From Planctomycetota bacterium (GTDB lineage: Bacteria > Planctomycetota > GCA-002687715 > CAIWVZ01), in contig JBGANV010000001.1 of assembly GCA_044222185.1 (NCBI GenBank), positions 288,001 through 352,000 on the forward strand: DNA of 64,000 nt, written 5' to 3'. Positions 1-11,277 of the stretch are shown here, one piece after another. Position numbers and translations under genes: made by a program. Every line of letters starts with the position of its first letter. Positions within the stretch are counted from its first letter, which is position 1. The notes beneath the pieces are model-generated. The model did not search any database, had not been told where the DNA came from, and saw nothing but the letters and a program-made list of their open reading frames with translations.

Positions 1-690
1 CACCCAGGGAGCGGGTGCCGCGACGGGACGCTCGCCAATGCGCTCAAGTTCTACATCGACGACCTGTCGGACATCGGCGGGAACCAGCGTCCCGGGATCG
101 TGCATCGCCTCGACAAGGACACGTCCGGCGTGATGGTCGTCGCCAAGACCAATGCGGCGCACTTCGCGCTCGCGGGGCAGTTCCAGGCGCGCGAGACGCG
201 CAAGGAGTACCGGGCGATCATCGAAGGCGAGCCGGAGTTCGACGGCGACCGGATCAACCGCCCGCTCGGACGCAGTCGCAGCGACCCGTCGAAGATCGTC
301 GTCGATGCGGCCGCCGGCAAGCCTGCCGAGACGACCTGGGAGGTCATCGAGCGGTTCGAGGGCTACACCTACGTCCGGTGTCACCCCAAGACCGGCCGTA
401 CCCACCAGATCCGCGTGCACCTCCAGAGCATTGGCCACCCGATCCTCTGCGACGCCGTATACGGACGCAAAGCCCAGCTGAAACTCGCCGAAATCGACCC
501 CTCCGCATCCGGCGAACGGGGCGAGGCGGTCATCCTCGATCGCCAGGCACTTCACGCGTTCGCGCTCGAATTCGATCATCCCCTCGAAGGCCGCCGTCTG
601 CGCTTCGAGGCGCCGCTTCCGCCGGATCTCGAGAGGACACTCGCCGCACTTCGGGCCCACCGCCCGTACATCAGAAGGAAAAGTCGATGA
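1..690 (+). CDS. rluD: RluA/RluD-family pseudouridine synthase (5'-truncated by window edge)
   Basis: Frame is open from base 1: [26 protein letters not shown] (catalytic Asp motif), [28 protein letters not shown]. Confidence 0.9.
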   Translation, partial: HPGSGCRDGTLANALKFYIDDLSDIGGNQRPGIVHRLDKDTSGVMVVAKTNAAHFALAGQFQARETRKEYRAIIEGEPEFDGDRINRPLGRSRSDPSKIVVDAAAGKPAETTWEVIERFEGYTYVRCHPKTGRTHQIRVHLQSIGHPILCDAVYGRKAQLKLAEIDPSASGERGEAVILDRQALHAFALEFDHPLEGRRLRFEAPLPPDLERTLAALRAHRPYIRRKSR

Positions 691-2723
691 GCTACGCCGA
701 CCAGCTTCTCTCCCAGGCGACCCGAAAGGTCGACACCAACCAGTGGCGCGCGCTCCACTGGGAAGGAACGTTCCGCAACTACCTCGACATGGTCTGGGAG
801 AAGCCGGAGATCGTGCGCAACGCCTATCAGCGCGTCTACGACCTCATCATGTCGTTCGGCTTCGACGAGTACACGGAGTTCAAGGAGCGCCGAATTCGCT
901 ACCGCTTCTTCTCCGATCCGGACGGCGGCGGCCGCGATGCGATCTTTGGTCTCGACGAGCCCATCATGCGACTCGTCGATACGTTGAAGGCGGGCGCTCA
1001 CGGATTCGGGCCCGAGCGGCGCATCATCCTGCTACACGGACCGGTCGGCTCCGCGAAGAGCACCATGGCGCGCCTGCTCAAGCGCGGTCTCGAGCGCTAT
1101 TCGCGCCGGCCCGAAGGCTCGCTCTTCACGTTCTCGTGGGTGCTCGACGACGGCACGACGGTCGCTTCGCCCATGAACGAGGAGCCTCTGAAGCTCCTGC
1201 CCATGGACGTGCGTGAAGATCTCGTGCGCCAGCTGAACGAACGCCTCGATCGGACCTACCGTCTGGCCGTTCCAGGCGATCTCGACCCCATGTCGCGGTG
1301 GTACTTCAACCACTTCATGAAGAAGTACGAGGGTGACTGGATCCGCGTCCTCGAGCACATCCGCGTGAAGCGCCTGTTGCTCTCGGAGAAGGACCGGGTC
1401 GGCATCGGCACGTTCCAACCCAAGGACGAGAAGAACCAGGATTCGACCGAGCTCACGGGCGACATCAACTACCGGCGGATTGCCGAGTTCGGCTCGGACT
1501 CCGACCCGCGCGCGTTCAACTTCGACGGTGAGCTGAACGTGGCGAACCGGGGGCTCGTGGAGTTCATCGAGATCCTGAAGCTGGACGTGGCGTTCCTCTA
1601 CGACCTCCTGGGCGCCACGCAGGAGCACGCCATCAAGTCGAAGAAGTTCGCGCAGACCGACATCGACGAGGTGATCATCGGGCACACGAACGAGCCCGAA
1701 TACAAGCGTCTCCAGAACAACGAGCTGATGGAGGCGTTTCGTGACCGAACCGTGAAGATCGACGTGCCCTACAATCTGACGGTCCGCAACGAGATGCGGA
1801 TCTACCAGCGCGACTTCAACGACGCGACGGTGCGCAGCAAGCACATCGCACCTCACACCGTCGAGGTGGCAGCGCTGTGGGCGATCCTCACGCGGTTGGA
1901 AGAGCCGAAGAAGACCAACCTGAACCTGCTCCAGAAGGCCAAGCTCTACAACGGCAAGACGCTTCCCGGGTTCACCGAGGACAACATCTACGAGCTGATG
2001 AAGGAGGGCAAGCGCGAGGGCATGGACGGCATCTCGCCGCGCTACATCCAGGACAAGCTCTCGAACTCCCTCGTGAAGGAGACCGGCGCGCGCTGCATCA
2101 ACCCGTTCATGATCATCAACGAGCTCGAGTCCGGGCTCGACAATCACTCGTTGATCACCAACACGGACGTGAAGCAGCACTACCGTGAGCTGCTGGCCCT
2201 CGTGAAACAGGAATACGAGGACATCGTCAAGAACGAGGTCCAACGGGCGATCTCGGCCGACGAGGACGCGATCAAGCGGCTCTGCGCCAACTACCTGGAC
2301 AACGTGAAGGCCTTCACGCAGCGCGAGAAGGTCAAGAACCCGTTCACCGGCGAGTACCAGTCTCCCGACGAGCGGCTCATGCGCTCGATCGAGGAGAAGA
2401 TCAGCGTGAGCGAGAGTCAGAAGGACGACTTCCGCCGCGAGATCATGAACTACATCGGGGCGCTCGCCGTCGAGAACAAGCCCTTCGATTACCGGTCGAA
2501 CGAGCGGCTCCACCGGGCGCTCGAGCTCAAGCTGTTCGAGGATCAGAAGGACTCGATCAAGCTGACGTCGCTGCTCTCCAACGTCGTCGACAAGAAGGCG
2601 CAGGAGAAGATCGACATCGTCAAGAAGCGGCTGATCGACAACTTCGGCTACACGGACGAGAGTGCCACGGACGTGCTCAACTACGTGGCGAGCATCTTCG
2701 CGCGCGGGGACGTGAAGAACTGA
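687..2723 (+). CDS. prkA: PrkA/YeaG-family AAA+ serine protein kinase
   Basis: Likely start is ATG at 687 (ATGA overlap with rluD stop); Walker [38 protein letters not shown]; followed by yeaH and spoVR homologues. Confidence 0.93.
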   Translation: MSYADQLLSQATRKVDTNQWRALHWEGTFRNYLDMVWEKPEIVRNAYQRVYDLIMSFGFDEYTEFKERRIRYRFFSDPDGGGRDAIFGLDEPIMRLVDTLKAGAHGFGPERRIILLHGPVGSAKSTMARLLKRGLERYSRRPEGSLFTFSWVLDDGTTVASPMNEEPLKLLPMDVREDLVRQLNERLDRTYRLAVPGDLDPMSRWYFNHFMKKYEGDWIRVLEHIRVKRLLLSEKDRVGIGTFQPKDEKNQDSTELTGDINYRRIAEFGSDSDPRAFNFDGELNVANRGLVEFIEILKLDVAFLYDLLGATQEHAIKSKKFAQTDIDEVIIGHTNEPEYKRLQNNELMEAFRDRTVKIDVPYNLTVRNEMRIYQRDFNDATVRSKHIAPHTVEVAALWAILTRLEEPKKTNLNLLQKAKLYNGKTLPGFTEDNIYELMKEGKREGMDGISPRYIQDKLSNSLVKETGARCINPFMIINELESGLDNHSLITNTDVKQHYRELLALVKQEYEDIVKNEVQRAISADEDAIKRLCANYLDNVKAFTQREKVKNPFTGEYQSPDERLMRSIEEKISVSESQKDDFRREIMNYIGALAVENKPFDYRSNERLHRALELKLFEDQKDSIKLTSLLSNVVDKKAQEKIDIVKKRLIDNFGYTDESATDVLNYVASIFARGDVKN

Positions 2724-3826
2724 TGGTCCGCAAGATCGAATCCGACCACCGCCGATTTCGACAGATCGTGCGGGGACAGATCAAGCACCACCTGAAGCGA
2801 TACGTCTCGCAGGGTGAGCTGCTCGGTCGTGCCGGGAAAGACACGATCTCGATTCCGCTTCCCCAGATCGAGCTGCCTCACTTCACGTTCTCGACGGGCG
2901 AGGAGGACGGCGTCGGTCAGGGCAGCGGGAACCCCGGAGACCCGGCCGACGGCCAGCCCGGCGACGGCCAGGGTCAGGCCGGCGAGAACGAAGGCCAGCA
3001 CACGGTCGAGGTCGAGGTGTCGCTCGATGAACTCGCTCAGATCCTGGGCGAGGAGCTGGAACTGCCTCGCATCGAACCTCGCGGCCAGGCCGAGATCGTC
3101 TCGGAGCGCGACCGCTACACGGGGATTCGCCGTGTGGGTCCCGAGAGCCTTCGGCACTTCAAGCGCACGTTCAAGGAGGCACTCAAACGGCAGATCGCCA
3201 GCGGCACCTACGATCCGGAGAACCCGCGGATCGTTCCCGTGCGCGACGACCGCCGCTACCGCTCGTGGAACGTGAAGCAGAACCCCGAGCACAACGCCGT
3301 CATCATCTACATGATGGACGTGTCCGGCTCGATGGGAGCGGAGCAGAAGGAGGTCGTCCGGATCGAGGCGTTTTGGATCGACACGTGGTTGCGCCACCAC
3401 TACAAGCAACTGAAGACCATCTACATCGTTCACGACGCGACCGCGAAGGAAGTGGATCAGCACGAGTTCTTTCACCTGCGTGAAAGCGGCGGCACGAAGA
3501 TCTCGTCCGCCTACCAGCTCTGCCAGCGACTCGTTCAAGAGCGCTTTGCCGGCGACGATTGGAACATCTATCCGTTCCACTTCTCCGATGGCGACAACTG
3601 GAGCGGGAAGGACACGGCGTTGTGTGTCGAGATCCTGAAGGACGCGCTGCTCCCACGCGTGAACATGTTCTGCTACGGGCAGGTCAAGTCGGCGTACGGG
3701 TCCGGTCAGTTCAAGCGCGACCTCGATCAGGCCTTCGTCGGCGACGAGCGCGTCGTCACGTCGGCGATCCCGGATCGTGACGGAATCCTCGCCTCCATCC
3801 GCGAGTTCCTGGGGAAGGGCCGATGA
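2723..3826 (+). CDS. yeaH: YeaH/YhbH (DUF444) family protein with C-terminal vWA-like domain
   Basis: [12 protein letters not shown]-terminus, Gly-rich linker, [13 protein letters not shown]-like motif, [18 protein letters not shown]; operon context. Confidence 0.9.
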   Translation: MVRKIESDHRRFRQIVRGQIKHHLKRYVSQGELLGRAGKDTISIPLPQIELPHFTFSTGEEDGVGQGSGNPGDPADGQPGDGQGQAGENEGQHTVEVEVSLDELAQILGEELELPRIEPRGQAEIVSERDRYTGIRRVGPESLRHFKRTFKEALKRQIASGTYDPENPRIVPVRDDRRYRSWNVKQNPEHNAVIIYMMDVSGSMGAEQKEVVRIEAFWIDTWLRHHYKQLKTIYIVHDATAKEVDQHEFFHLRESGGTKISSAYQLCQRLVQERFAGDDWNIYPFHFSDGDNWSGKDTALCVEILKDALLPRVNMFCYGQVKSAYGSGQFKRDLDQAFVGDERVVTSAIPDRDGILASIREFLGKGR

Positions 3827-5331
3827 ACCTGCCCGACAACCTCCTGCGCGTCCAGTACAAGATTCGCGACGTCGCGAAGACGCTCGGCCTCGACTGCTTC
3901 GAGACCGTCTTCGAGATGCTGGAGCCGTCCGAGCTGAACGAAGTGGCAGCGTTCGGAGGGTTTCCGACCCGGTATCCGCACTGGCGCCACGGCATGGAGT
4001 ACGAGCAGATCTCGAAGGGCTATCGCTACGGCCTCTCGAAGATCTACGAGCTAGTCATCAACAACGACCCCTGCTACGCGTACCTCATGGCCAGCAACTC
4101 GCTGGTCGACCAGAAGCTCGTGATGGCGCACGTCTACGGCCACTGCGACTTCTTCAAGAACAACGCGTGGTTCTCCAAGACCAATCGCCGGATGATGGAT
4201 CAGATGGCGAATCACGCGGTTCGCATCCGCGAGTTCGTCGACCGGCATGGGCAGGAGCCCGTCGAGGACTTCCTCGATCGCGCCCTCTCGCTCGACAACC
4301 TGATCGACTTCCACGGGGAATTCGTCCCGGAGAAGGATCGACCGAAGGCTCGCGTCGGCGAGGAAACACCGACGGACGCCGAGCAGGCCGCGCTCCGAAA
4401 GCTCAAGAGCAAGGACTACATGGATCCCTTCATCAACCCGCCGGCCTTCCTCGAGGTCCAGCGCAAGAAGATGGAGGAGGAAGGGAAGAAGCGTCGCCGG
4501 ACCCCGACGGAGCCTGCGCGCGACATCCTGCGGTTCCTGCTGGAGCACGCCCCGCTCGACCGGTGGGAGTGGGAGGTCCTGCACCAGATCCGGGAAGAAG
4601 CCCTCTACTTCGCGCCGCAGCGAGCCACGAAGATCATGAACGAGGGGTGGGCGAGCTACTGGCACCGAAAGATCATGGCCGAGCACGTGCTCACCGACGA
4701 GGAGGTCGTCGACTACGCGCTGACGATGTCGGGGACACTGTCGGGCGGAGGAGCGTTCAACCCGTACAAGGTCGGGCTGGAGCTGTGGCTCGACATCGAG
4801 GAGCGCTGGAACAAGGGGCGCCACGGGCTCGACTACGAGACCTGCGACGATTGGGGCCGCAAGGAGACTTGGGACACGGCCGAGGGCCGCGGCCGCGAGA
4901 TGATCTTCCGCGTGCGCCGCGCCTACAACGACGTCACGTTCATCTCCGAGTTCCTGACGGAGGAGGTCTGCCACAAGAACCAGATGTTCGTGTACCGCTG
5001 GAATCCGCAGACGCAGCGGAAGGAGATCGCGACGCGAGATTTCGGTGCGGTGAAGCAGCAGCTGCTCCACCAGCTCGCCAACGGCGGTGCACCGGTGATC
5101 GAGGTCGTCGACTCGAATTTCGAGAACCGGGGCGAGCTGATGCTCGTCCACCGGTGGGATGGCCAGGACCTCCGTCCCGATTACGCGCAGGCGACACTGC
5201 GCAACATCCAGGCCGTGTGGCGGCGGGCCGTCCGCCTGCACACGCAGAAGGACGGCAAGGGCCGGATCTACGTCGCCGATAGCGGCGACGACCGCGTTCA
5301 CGAGACCTCCGAAACCTATTCGGGCGCGTGA
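3823..5331 (+). CDS. spoVR: SpoVR/YcgB family protein
   Basis: [57 protein letters not shown] motifs. Confidence 0.93.
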   Translation: MNLPDNLLRVQYKIRDVAKTLGLDCFETVFEMLEPSELNEVAAFGGFPTRYPHWRHGMEYEQISKGYRYGLSKIYELVINNDPCYAYLMASNSLVDQKLVMAHVYGHCDFFKNNAWFSKTNRRMMDQMANHAVRIREFVDRHGQEPVEDFLDRALSLDNLIDFHGEFVPEKDRPKARVGEETPTDAEQAALRKLKSKDYMDPFINPPAFLEVQRKKMEEEGKKRRRTPTEPARDILRFLLEHAPLDRWEWEVLHQIREEALYFAPQRATKIMNEGWASYWHRKIMAEHVLTDEEVVDYALTMSGTLSGGGAFNPYKVGLELWLDIEERWNKGRHGLDYETCDDWGRKETWDTAEGRGREMIFRVRRAYNDVTFISEFLTEEVCHKNQMFVYRWNPQTQRKEIATRDFGAVKQQLLHQLANGGAPVIEVVDSNFENRGELMLVHRWDGQDLRPDYAQATLRNIQAVWRRAVRLHTQKDGKGRIYVADSGDDRVHETSETYSGA

Positions 5332-5353
5332 GTCGCCCAGGACGTGCGAGGGC

Positions 5354-7963
5354 TCACGGCCCGACGTGCAGCTCGAGCCCGTTCGAAACGGTGATCCCGC
5401 CGGGCGAGAGCCCATCGGTGGCACCGAACTGGAGGAACACGGACTGGTTCACCAGGGACGCCGGGACCGTGAACGGGGTCGTCGCAGACCCCGCTCCCGG
5501 CGCGCCGGGCGACCCGCCGAGAGTCAGCGGAACGAAGCCGGTCCACGGCTGCACGTAGGAGGTGAGCCCCGGAAGCGGGCTGCCGGCGATCGCGGCCTCG
5601 CCGGTTCCGATCACGATGACGGCGGCCGCTCCACCGATGCCGTTGCGCAGCCGAAGGCTCGCTTGGGCTCCGGCGCGCATGGTGCCCGAAGCCCCGAGCA
5701 GCGGCTTCCACGCGCTGCCGCCGAGCGTGCCAGAGCCGTATTGGCGGACGCGTCCGGCCGTCGGCGGTGCGAAGCGGCGCGAGCGCGCCGCCTTGCCGGC
5801 GCCCACGAAGTCCAGATCGCCGTCGGCGTCGATGTCAGCAGTGGCCGTGAATCCTTGGAGGAAGTAGTCACGCCGTGCCTCGTAGACGAACCCGGGCCCG
5901 ATCCTCCTCAGCACGGCGACGGTGTTCCAGACCGACCCCGCGACGATGTCCGTCTTTCCGTCACCGTCCACGTCGCTCGCCGACAGGAGCGGGTTGAAGA
6001 CGGACCCTGCGGTCAACGTGATCGTCGTCGCGAAGGTGAACGTTCCGCCATTGTTGGCGAGGATCGTCACGCACTCGTCAGAGGTTCGATCGTCGAGCGC
6101 GATGTCGAGGTCCCCATCGTCGTCCAGATCGGCGATGACGGGCGCATACCAGTCGTTCGGGTTGGACGATCCCAGGGAGTTGCCGGTTACGACGGGATTC
6201 AGAGCGAGCGCACCGTTCGCGTTGCGCAGGATCACCACGTTCGGGTACCCGGGGACTGCGGTCTGCAACGCGACGAAGTCCGTGTCGCCGTCGCCGTCCA
6301 GGTCCGCGGCTGCCTTCGGGACGCCTCCGAAATACGATGGGGTGGAACTCGTGAAGAACCCCGTCCCGTTGTTGGTCCAGAGCAGTGGTCCCACCAGATC
6401 GACGTCGCCGTCGCCGTCGACATCCGCAGGAATGCCAGCGAGGCCTCCGGCCCCGGGAGCAGCCGCCGGTTGCAGGTCGAACAGCGCGCCGGCTCCCGTA
6501 TCGACGAGTAGGCGCATTCCCACGAAGCCTGCTGGCAACGGGAACGAAGGCAGCGTCTGGAGCGTCGCGACGTGGTCGATCCTCCCGTCACCGTTCAGAT
6601 CGGCGACCGGGTGAGTTTGCGCATACTCCAGGCCCGCCGGCGGCGTGGGCATCGTCAGCAGAGTGGGTGTGAAATTGCCGCGGCCGTCGTTCTGCGCGAC
6701 GTTCCCGGAGTACCCCACCATGTCCAGGTCGCCATCGCCGTCCTGATCGAGGATCGAGTGTGCCAGGTTGGAGCTGATCGTCGACGCGTACGGGTTCGTG
6801 AACGTTCCGTCGCCGTAATAGAGCGCGGCCGACGAGACGATGTCGGGCTTGCCGTCCCCGCTGACGTCGACCATGGCAGGGATGCGGTCGTAGTCCGAGC
6901 TCGGGCCGGCGTAGAACGACGTCCGGGAGACGAACGTCGTGCCGCCCGTGTTCTCCAGGAGGATGATGATCTCCCCGGTTCCCTGCCACGTCGTCAGGGC
7001 GAGGTCGAGATCGCCGTCTCCATCCCAGTCGCCAGGGTGGAGCTGCGAGCCGTTGGCGTCCAGGAACGTCTGGCTGGGGCCGATCGTCCAATTGCCCCCT
7101 CCCAGGTTGCGGGACACCTGCACGGAAATCCCCGCACCCGACGTGGCGGTGCCGGCGCTTTCGTTCCATGCGATGACGTCGTCGAGGCCGTCCCCATTCA
7201 CGTCGGCGCGATGAAGGAAGGGTGCCGCGGAGACTGGCACCGTCGTCGGCGTCCCGAACCCGGTCCCCACCGTGGGAAACGCGATCATCACGCGTGCCCA
7301 GCCCGGAAGATAGGTGCCGACCAACGCATCCAACGTTCCGTCAGCGTTCCAGTCGATCGTCACGACTCCCGCGCTGCTGCTGTTGAAGGGCAGGGCGCCC
7401 GGCGTCCCGCCGACGAGTGCCCCGTTGGCGCCGGAGACGAACCATCGGAGGGTGCGCGACGTACCCGGCACCTCGCTGACGACGGCGGCGTCGAGTCGAC
7501 CGTCGGCATTGAGGTCTGCCAGCGCGATGGACACCAGGTCTTCGCTGAACGGCGTCACGACGGGTGCACCGAAGAGCCCGCCACCGAGTCCTGGCATCAC
7601 CATGAGGGACGCACCGCTCGGGTTCGTGATGGGCGTTCCGAGAACCAGGTCTCCGATCCCGTCGCCCGTGACGTCACCGAAGGCCGTCACCCAGGAGACG
7701 CCAGCCGGCAGCGATTGGGTGGCGCCGTCGGTGAAGTCGCCCGTCCCGGAGTTCCACGACACCTGGATGGTGGGCTGGCCGCCCCACCACGTGTATTTGA
7801 GGATGTCCTTGTCGCCATCACCGTCCAGATCGACGACCGCCAGCGGGCTGCCTGCGGGGCCATTCGGCGTCGCTGGGGGGACACGGGGGGCCGACAGCCA
7901 TGCCTGACTCCACGATTGCGTCACCAGAACGAGCGTCATGAGCAGGAAGCTGCGCGAGAGCAT
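5354..7963 (-). CDS. Secreted FG-GAP/VCBS repeat protein with shared C-terminal domain
   Basis: Signal peptide (MLSRSFLLMTLVLVTQSWSQA); more than 10 DxDGDGDxD Ca-binding repeats; C-terminus ...VFLQFGATD..GGITVSNGLELHVGP. Confidence 0.85.
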   Translation of the reverse strand: MLSRSFLLMTLVLVTQSWSQAWLSAPRVPPATPNGPAGSPLAVVDLDGDGDKDILKYTWWGGQPTIQVSWNSGTGDFTDGATQSLPAGVSWVTAFGDVTGDGIGDLVLGTPITNPSGASLMVMPGLGGGLFGAPVVTPFSEDLVSIALADLNADGRLDAAVVSEVPGTSRTLRWFVSGANGALVGGTPGALPFNSSSAGVVTIDWNADGTLDALVGTYLPGWARVMIAFPTVGTGFGTPTTVPVSAAPFLHRADVNGDGLDDVIAWNESAGTATSGAGISVQVSRNLGGGNWTIGPSQTFLDANGSQLHPGDWDGDGDLDLALTTWQGTGEIIILLENTGGTTFVSRTSFYAGPSSDYDRIPAMVDVSGDGKPDIVSSAALYYGDGTFTNPYASTISSNLAHSILDQDGDGDLDMVGYSGNVAQNDGRGNFTPTLLTMPTPPAGLEYAQTHPVADLNGDGRIDHVATLQTLPSFPLPAGFVGMRLLVDTGAGALFDLQPAAAPGAGGLAGIPADVDGDGDVDLVGPLLWTNNGTGFFTSSTPSYFGGVPKAAADLDGDGDTDFVALQTAVPGYPNVVILRNANGALALNPVVTGNSLGSSNPNDWYAPVIADLDDDGDLDIALDDRTSDECVTILANNGGTFTFATTITLTAGSVFNPLLSASDVDGDGKTDIVAGSVWNTVAVLRRIGPGFVYEARRDYFLQGFTATADIDADGDLDFVGAGKAARSRRFAPPTAGRVRQYGSGTLGGSAWKPLLGASGTMRAGAQASLRLRNGIGGAAAVIVIGTGEAAIAGSPLPGLTSYVQPWTGFVPLTLGGSPGAPGAGSATTPFTVPASLVNQSVFLQFGATDGLSPGGITVSNGLELHVGP

Positions 7964-8229
7964 TGGGGTGTTCCTCGTGTCGTCGCCCGCCTGGCAGCGG
8001 GTGGGCGCGCGTCGGCGCGGTCGCCATGGGGTTGGCAGAGATGCACCCGGAGATTGCCGCCGAAGGCCCCGCGTTGCGACCGCCGTTCGCCCGAGCGACG
8101 CCTCGCTGCGTTCACGCGACGTTCAATCGGTTCGGACGCTCCGCCGCGCACGTGTCCGATCCCTTTCTGCGGAGCGGACCGGCAAGCCCGCGCTTGCGGG
8201 AAGTCGTCGACTCGCCGTCGATGCCCGGG

Positions 8230-8440
8230 GAGCCGGCTCGTTCGACGCCATCTTGATGTGCATGCAGATGGCGGGCCTCGACGGTCTTCAGGCGACCCGG
8301 GAGATCCGGCAGCGCGAGTCCGGCACCGGCGCGCGCGTACCGGTCATCGCCCCTTGGCAGTTGCCACGGAAGGCGGCCGCGAGGTCGGCCTTGGTGCCGG
8401 CGTGGACAGGCACACGTCGAGGCCGATCGACGTGAAGTGA
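8230..8440 (+). pseudogene. Degenerate CheY-like receiver-domain remnant (frameshifted)
   Basis: FDAILMCMQMAGLDGLQATREIRQRESGTGARVPVIA in one frame continues as LAVATEGGREVGLGAGVDRHTSRPIDVK in another; matches the hybrid-kinase receiver consensus, but the phosphoacceptor D reads C and KP reads RP. Confidence 0.7.
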
Positions 8441-8555
8441 TCGCCGCGATCGAGGCGACAGTGATGCTGCCTCGATGGAACCGCGGCGTGAGTGTTCCGC
8501 GCCTTGGCAGCCGGCCGCCCGCGCCGGCTTCATGGGCCGGCGCGAGGGCGCGGGG

Positions 8556-11261
8556 TCAGTTCGTCGCGAGTTGGCTCGCGGCAGTGAGCTTGAACGTCAG
8601 GCCTGCCGTGAGGACCGCAGCCTGGAACGTCCCGACGACGCCGGGCGTGAACGCCGGAACCGTGAAGCTCACGGTGCGCGAACCCAGCGGGCCAGTGTTC
8701 GCGAACGCATCCATGAACGTGACGGGGTTCAAGCCGTCGAGGACGATGCTCACGTCCGACAGGTTGCCGGCGCCGTTGAGGCCGATGTCCAGCGAGCCAA
8801 CGCCCGGGAAGATCGCGTTGTTGCGGTTCAGCGGTCCGAACGCGATGGCGAGCGGGCGGCTCGGCTGGCCGCTCCAGGTGAGCGCGAGCGTGGACCCCGG
8901 GGCGAGCGTTGCGAAGAACGGTCCATTGACGCCGTTGAACGCCGGCTGGCTGTTGAGGTTCACGGCACCGCCCATGGAGAGCGCCGCGTCGGCGGCGTTC
9001 GCCTGCCCGACGTCCGGCGGACCCGGGGGCGGAGGCGTCCCGCCGGTTGCGACCAGCGCGAACTTGGCGTCGATGCCAGGAGTCCCAGTGTTGCCGTCCT
9101 GGTTCAGCTCGGCGGCGATGACCTGGATGGTCCACGTTCCGACGGCGGGGTTCTGCAGGAGCACGTTCTCGACGGTGTCGAGAGTGTTCGCCACGCCGCC
9201 GGAGGTGCTGTAGTTGTTGGCCAGGAGCCCGTTGTTGCCCCAGTAGATCGTCCCCGTGGGGCTCGTGACCTTCAGGTCGAGGTTGTTGATCCGATGCTGG
9301 GTGGCGGACGTCGTTCCGGCCGGGTCGGGATACACCATCGTCACGCGGAGCTCCGGTTCGCCCGCTGCGACGTTCACGGTGTACGTGGCCGATTGCAGTA
9401 CGGTGAGCGGCGCGCTCTCGTCGATGCAGAGGACCTTGCCGGCAGTCGCGATGTTGTAGGCGCGTGACACGTCCGCCGTGCCCCAGCCCTGGTGGACGCG
9501 CGTCAGGTCGCTCGTCGTTCCGGTGAAGGGATACTGCGTGGCCGTGTTGATCAGGAGCGCCTTGACCGTCGACGCGTGCGGTCGGCGGGCGAAGACGGTG
9601 GGGCCGTTCTTCAGGACGCCGAACACGCCATCCGCGAACATCTGGGTGAGGAGACCGACGCATCCAGCGGTGATCGGCGTCGCGCCGCTCGTGCCACCGA
9701 AGTTGTCGTAGTAGTTGGTCGTGCTGTAACCGCTGCTGCCCACGATGTCCGTGCAGAAGATCCAATCGTAGAAGTTGCTGATGTCAGGCTTGATCGAGCC
9801 GTCCTCTGCCGGGCCGATGCTGCCACCGCCGGTCCAGGCGTCGTCCGTTCGCGAGAGCGTGTTCTGGTGCTTGATTCCCCCGACCGAGATGATGTTCTTC
9901 GCCCAGGCCTGCGGACGCGATTGCGTCGTTCCCGAGTTGCTCTGGCTGTTCAGGATCGGGAAGTCGAGCCCGAACACGATCTGATCCATCTGGAGCGAGG
10001 TCGCGTTGTAGGCAGTCGTCAACGCGCTTCCCCAGCTGTTCGACTGGAAGCACGCCTCGTAGGTCGGCGTCAGGAGCTGCTGCGTGTACGTGTAGCGGTT
10101 GCTGGTCACGGCTGCGTCGTTGTATTGACCGACGATCGCGTGCCCCTGCGGCAGCATGCCCGTGGCTTGCACGTTCCCCGTGCCCTTGCCGAAGACGATT
10201 CCCGTGGTGCACGTGCCGTGGTTCAACACGGCCTGCGACGAGTGCCAGGTGACGCCCGCGAGGTCGGGGTGGCTCGTATCGCAACCGCCGTCGAGGACTT
10301 CGCCGTTGACACCTTGACCGCGATAGCCGCCAGGGCCGACGGTGGAAACCGCGACGGCGCCGGTGAATTGGCGGGCGATGTCCATGTCGAGCTCGGGCGC
10401 GCTCCAGCGATCGAGCCAGAGCACGTCGTCATGCTGAATGGCGGCCCAGACCGCGGGACGTGGGAGCGACAACGTGAGGAGGCTCGTCTCGCGGACCACC
10501 GGGAGGAATTCCGTCGCGCCGAACTTCGAGAGCTCGCTTGCGATACCGAGCTTCATCGCGAGGTCGTGCTCGCGGGCCGCGACGATGTTCCACGCGAGCC
10601 CGTCCGCGAGCGCCCCGGCCTCGAGGGCGATCCGATCCTCCGGGAAGAGGCGATAGGCCGGATGATACGGGCCGACCCAGCGGACGAACGGGAGAGCCTT
10701 GACGGCGGCGAGCGACGTCGGCGGGACGTTCACGATGTCGGCATGGTTCGCCAGGAACGCGACCGGCGTGGCGCCGGCGGCGGCAACCAGCTCACGCATC
10801 TGCGGGAGTCCCGGCGCGATGTACTGAACGATCCACAACCGCTGCGACGACGATGCGGACAGTGACGGCGAAACCCATGGCGTCGACTTCAGCGGATCGA
10901 AGCGCGCGTAGCGAAGCCGCAGGTCGTAGTCGGTGGGGCGGGCGTCGAGCCAGCTCACTCCGTTGTCGACGGACTGGGAGTACCAGGGCGTATCGGTTCC
11001 GCCTTCGCTCACGGTCCACGTGGCGAGGACGGCCTTCGACTCGGGGACGTGAACCACGCGCAGGTTCCACGGCGTGCCGCCGGTTACCTGCAGCGGCGTG
11101 GCGATCACGCCCAGGTCCTGGGCGACGCTGACCACGACTTCGTTCTTTCCGTCAGGGCGTGAATGGACCGCCAGTTCGTCCTGCGCCGCCGCCGTCCATG
11201 ACGTGGCCGCGACGAGGGCGAGGGTGATCGTCCATCGGGTGTGCTTGTTCAATCGGATCAT
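8556..11261 (-). CDS. Secreted subtilisin-like S8 serine peptidase with prodomain, beta-sandwich and C-terminal domain
   Basis: Signal peptide; catalytic motifs VLDGG, NHGTCTTG, GGTSGATP; Asp-box-like SVDNGVSW; QGWG and NNLDL..NVE-like P/PPC region. Confidence 0.9.
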   Translation of the reverse strand: MIRLNKHTRWTITLALVAATSWTAAAQDELAVHSRPDGKNEVVVSVAQDLGVIATPLQVTGGTPWNLRVVHVPESKAVLATWTVSEGGTDTPWYSQSVDNGVSWLDARPTDYDLRLRYARFDPLKSTPWVSPSLSASSSQRLWIVQYIAPGLPQMRELVAAAGATPVAFLANHADIVNVPPTSLAAVKALPFVRWVGPYHPAYRLFPEDRIALEAGALADGLAWNIVAAREHDLAMKLGIASELSKFGATEFLPVVRETSLLTLSLPRPAVWAAIQHDDVLWLDRWSAPELDMDIARQFTGAVAVSTVGPGGYRGQGVNGEVLDGGCDTSHPDLAGVTWHSSQAVLNHGTCTTGIVFGKGTGNVQATGMLPQGHAIVGQYNDAAVTSNRYTYTQQLLTPTYEACFQSNSWGSALTTAYNATSLQMDQIVFGLDFPILNSQSNSGTTQSRPQAWAKNIISVGGIKHQNTLSRTDDAWTGGGSIGPAEDGSIKPDISNFYDWIFCTDIVGSSGYSTTNYYDNFGGTSGATPITAGCVGLLTQMFADGVFGVLKNGPTVFARRPHASTVKALLINTATQYPFTGTTSDLTRVHQGWGTADVSRAYNIATAGKVLCIDESAPLTVLQSATYTVNVAAGEPELRVTMVYPDPAGTTSATQHRINNLDLKVTSPTGTIYWGNNGLLANNYSTSGGVANTLDTVENVLLQNPAVGTWTIQVIAAELNQDGNTGTPGIDAKFALVATGGTPPPPGPPDVGQANAADAALSMGGAVNLNSQPAFNGVNGPFFATLAPGSTLALTWSGQPSRPLAIAFGPLNRNNAIFPGVGSLDIGLNGAGNLSDVSIVLDGLNPVTFMDAFANTGPLGSRTVSFTVPAFTPGVVGTFQAAVLTAGLTFKLTAASQLATN

Positions 11262-11277
11262 CTCTCGGCTCCTTCTC

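Noticed and set aside
15-686. N-terminal 224 aa extension of the 902 aa PrkA ORF
   Set aside because: It is an off-frame overlap with rluD; PrkA similarity begins at the ATG at 687.
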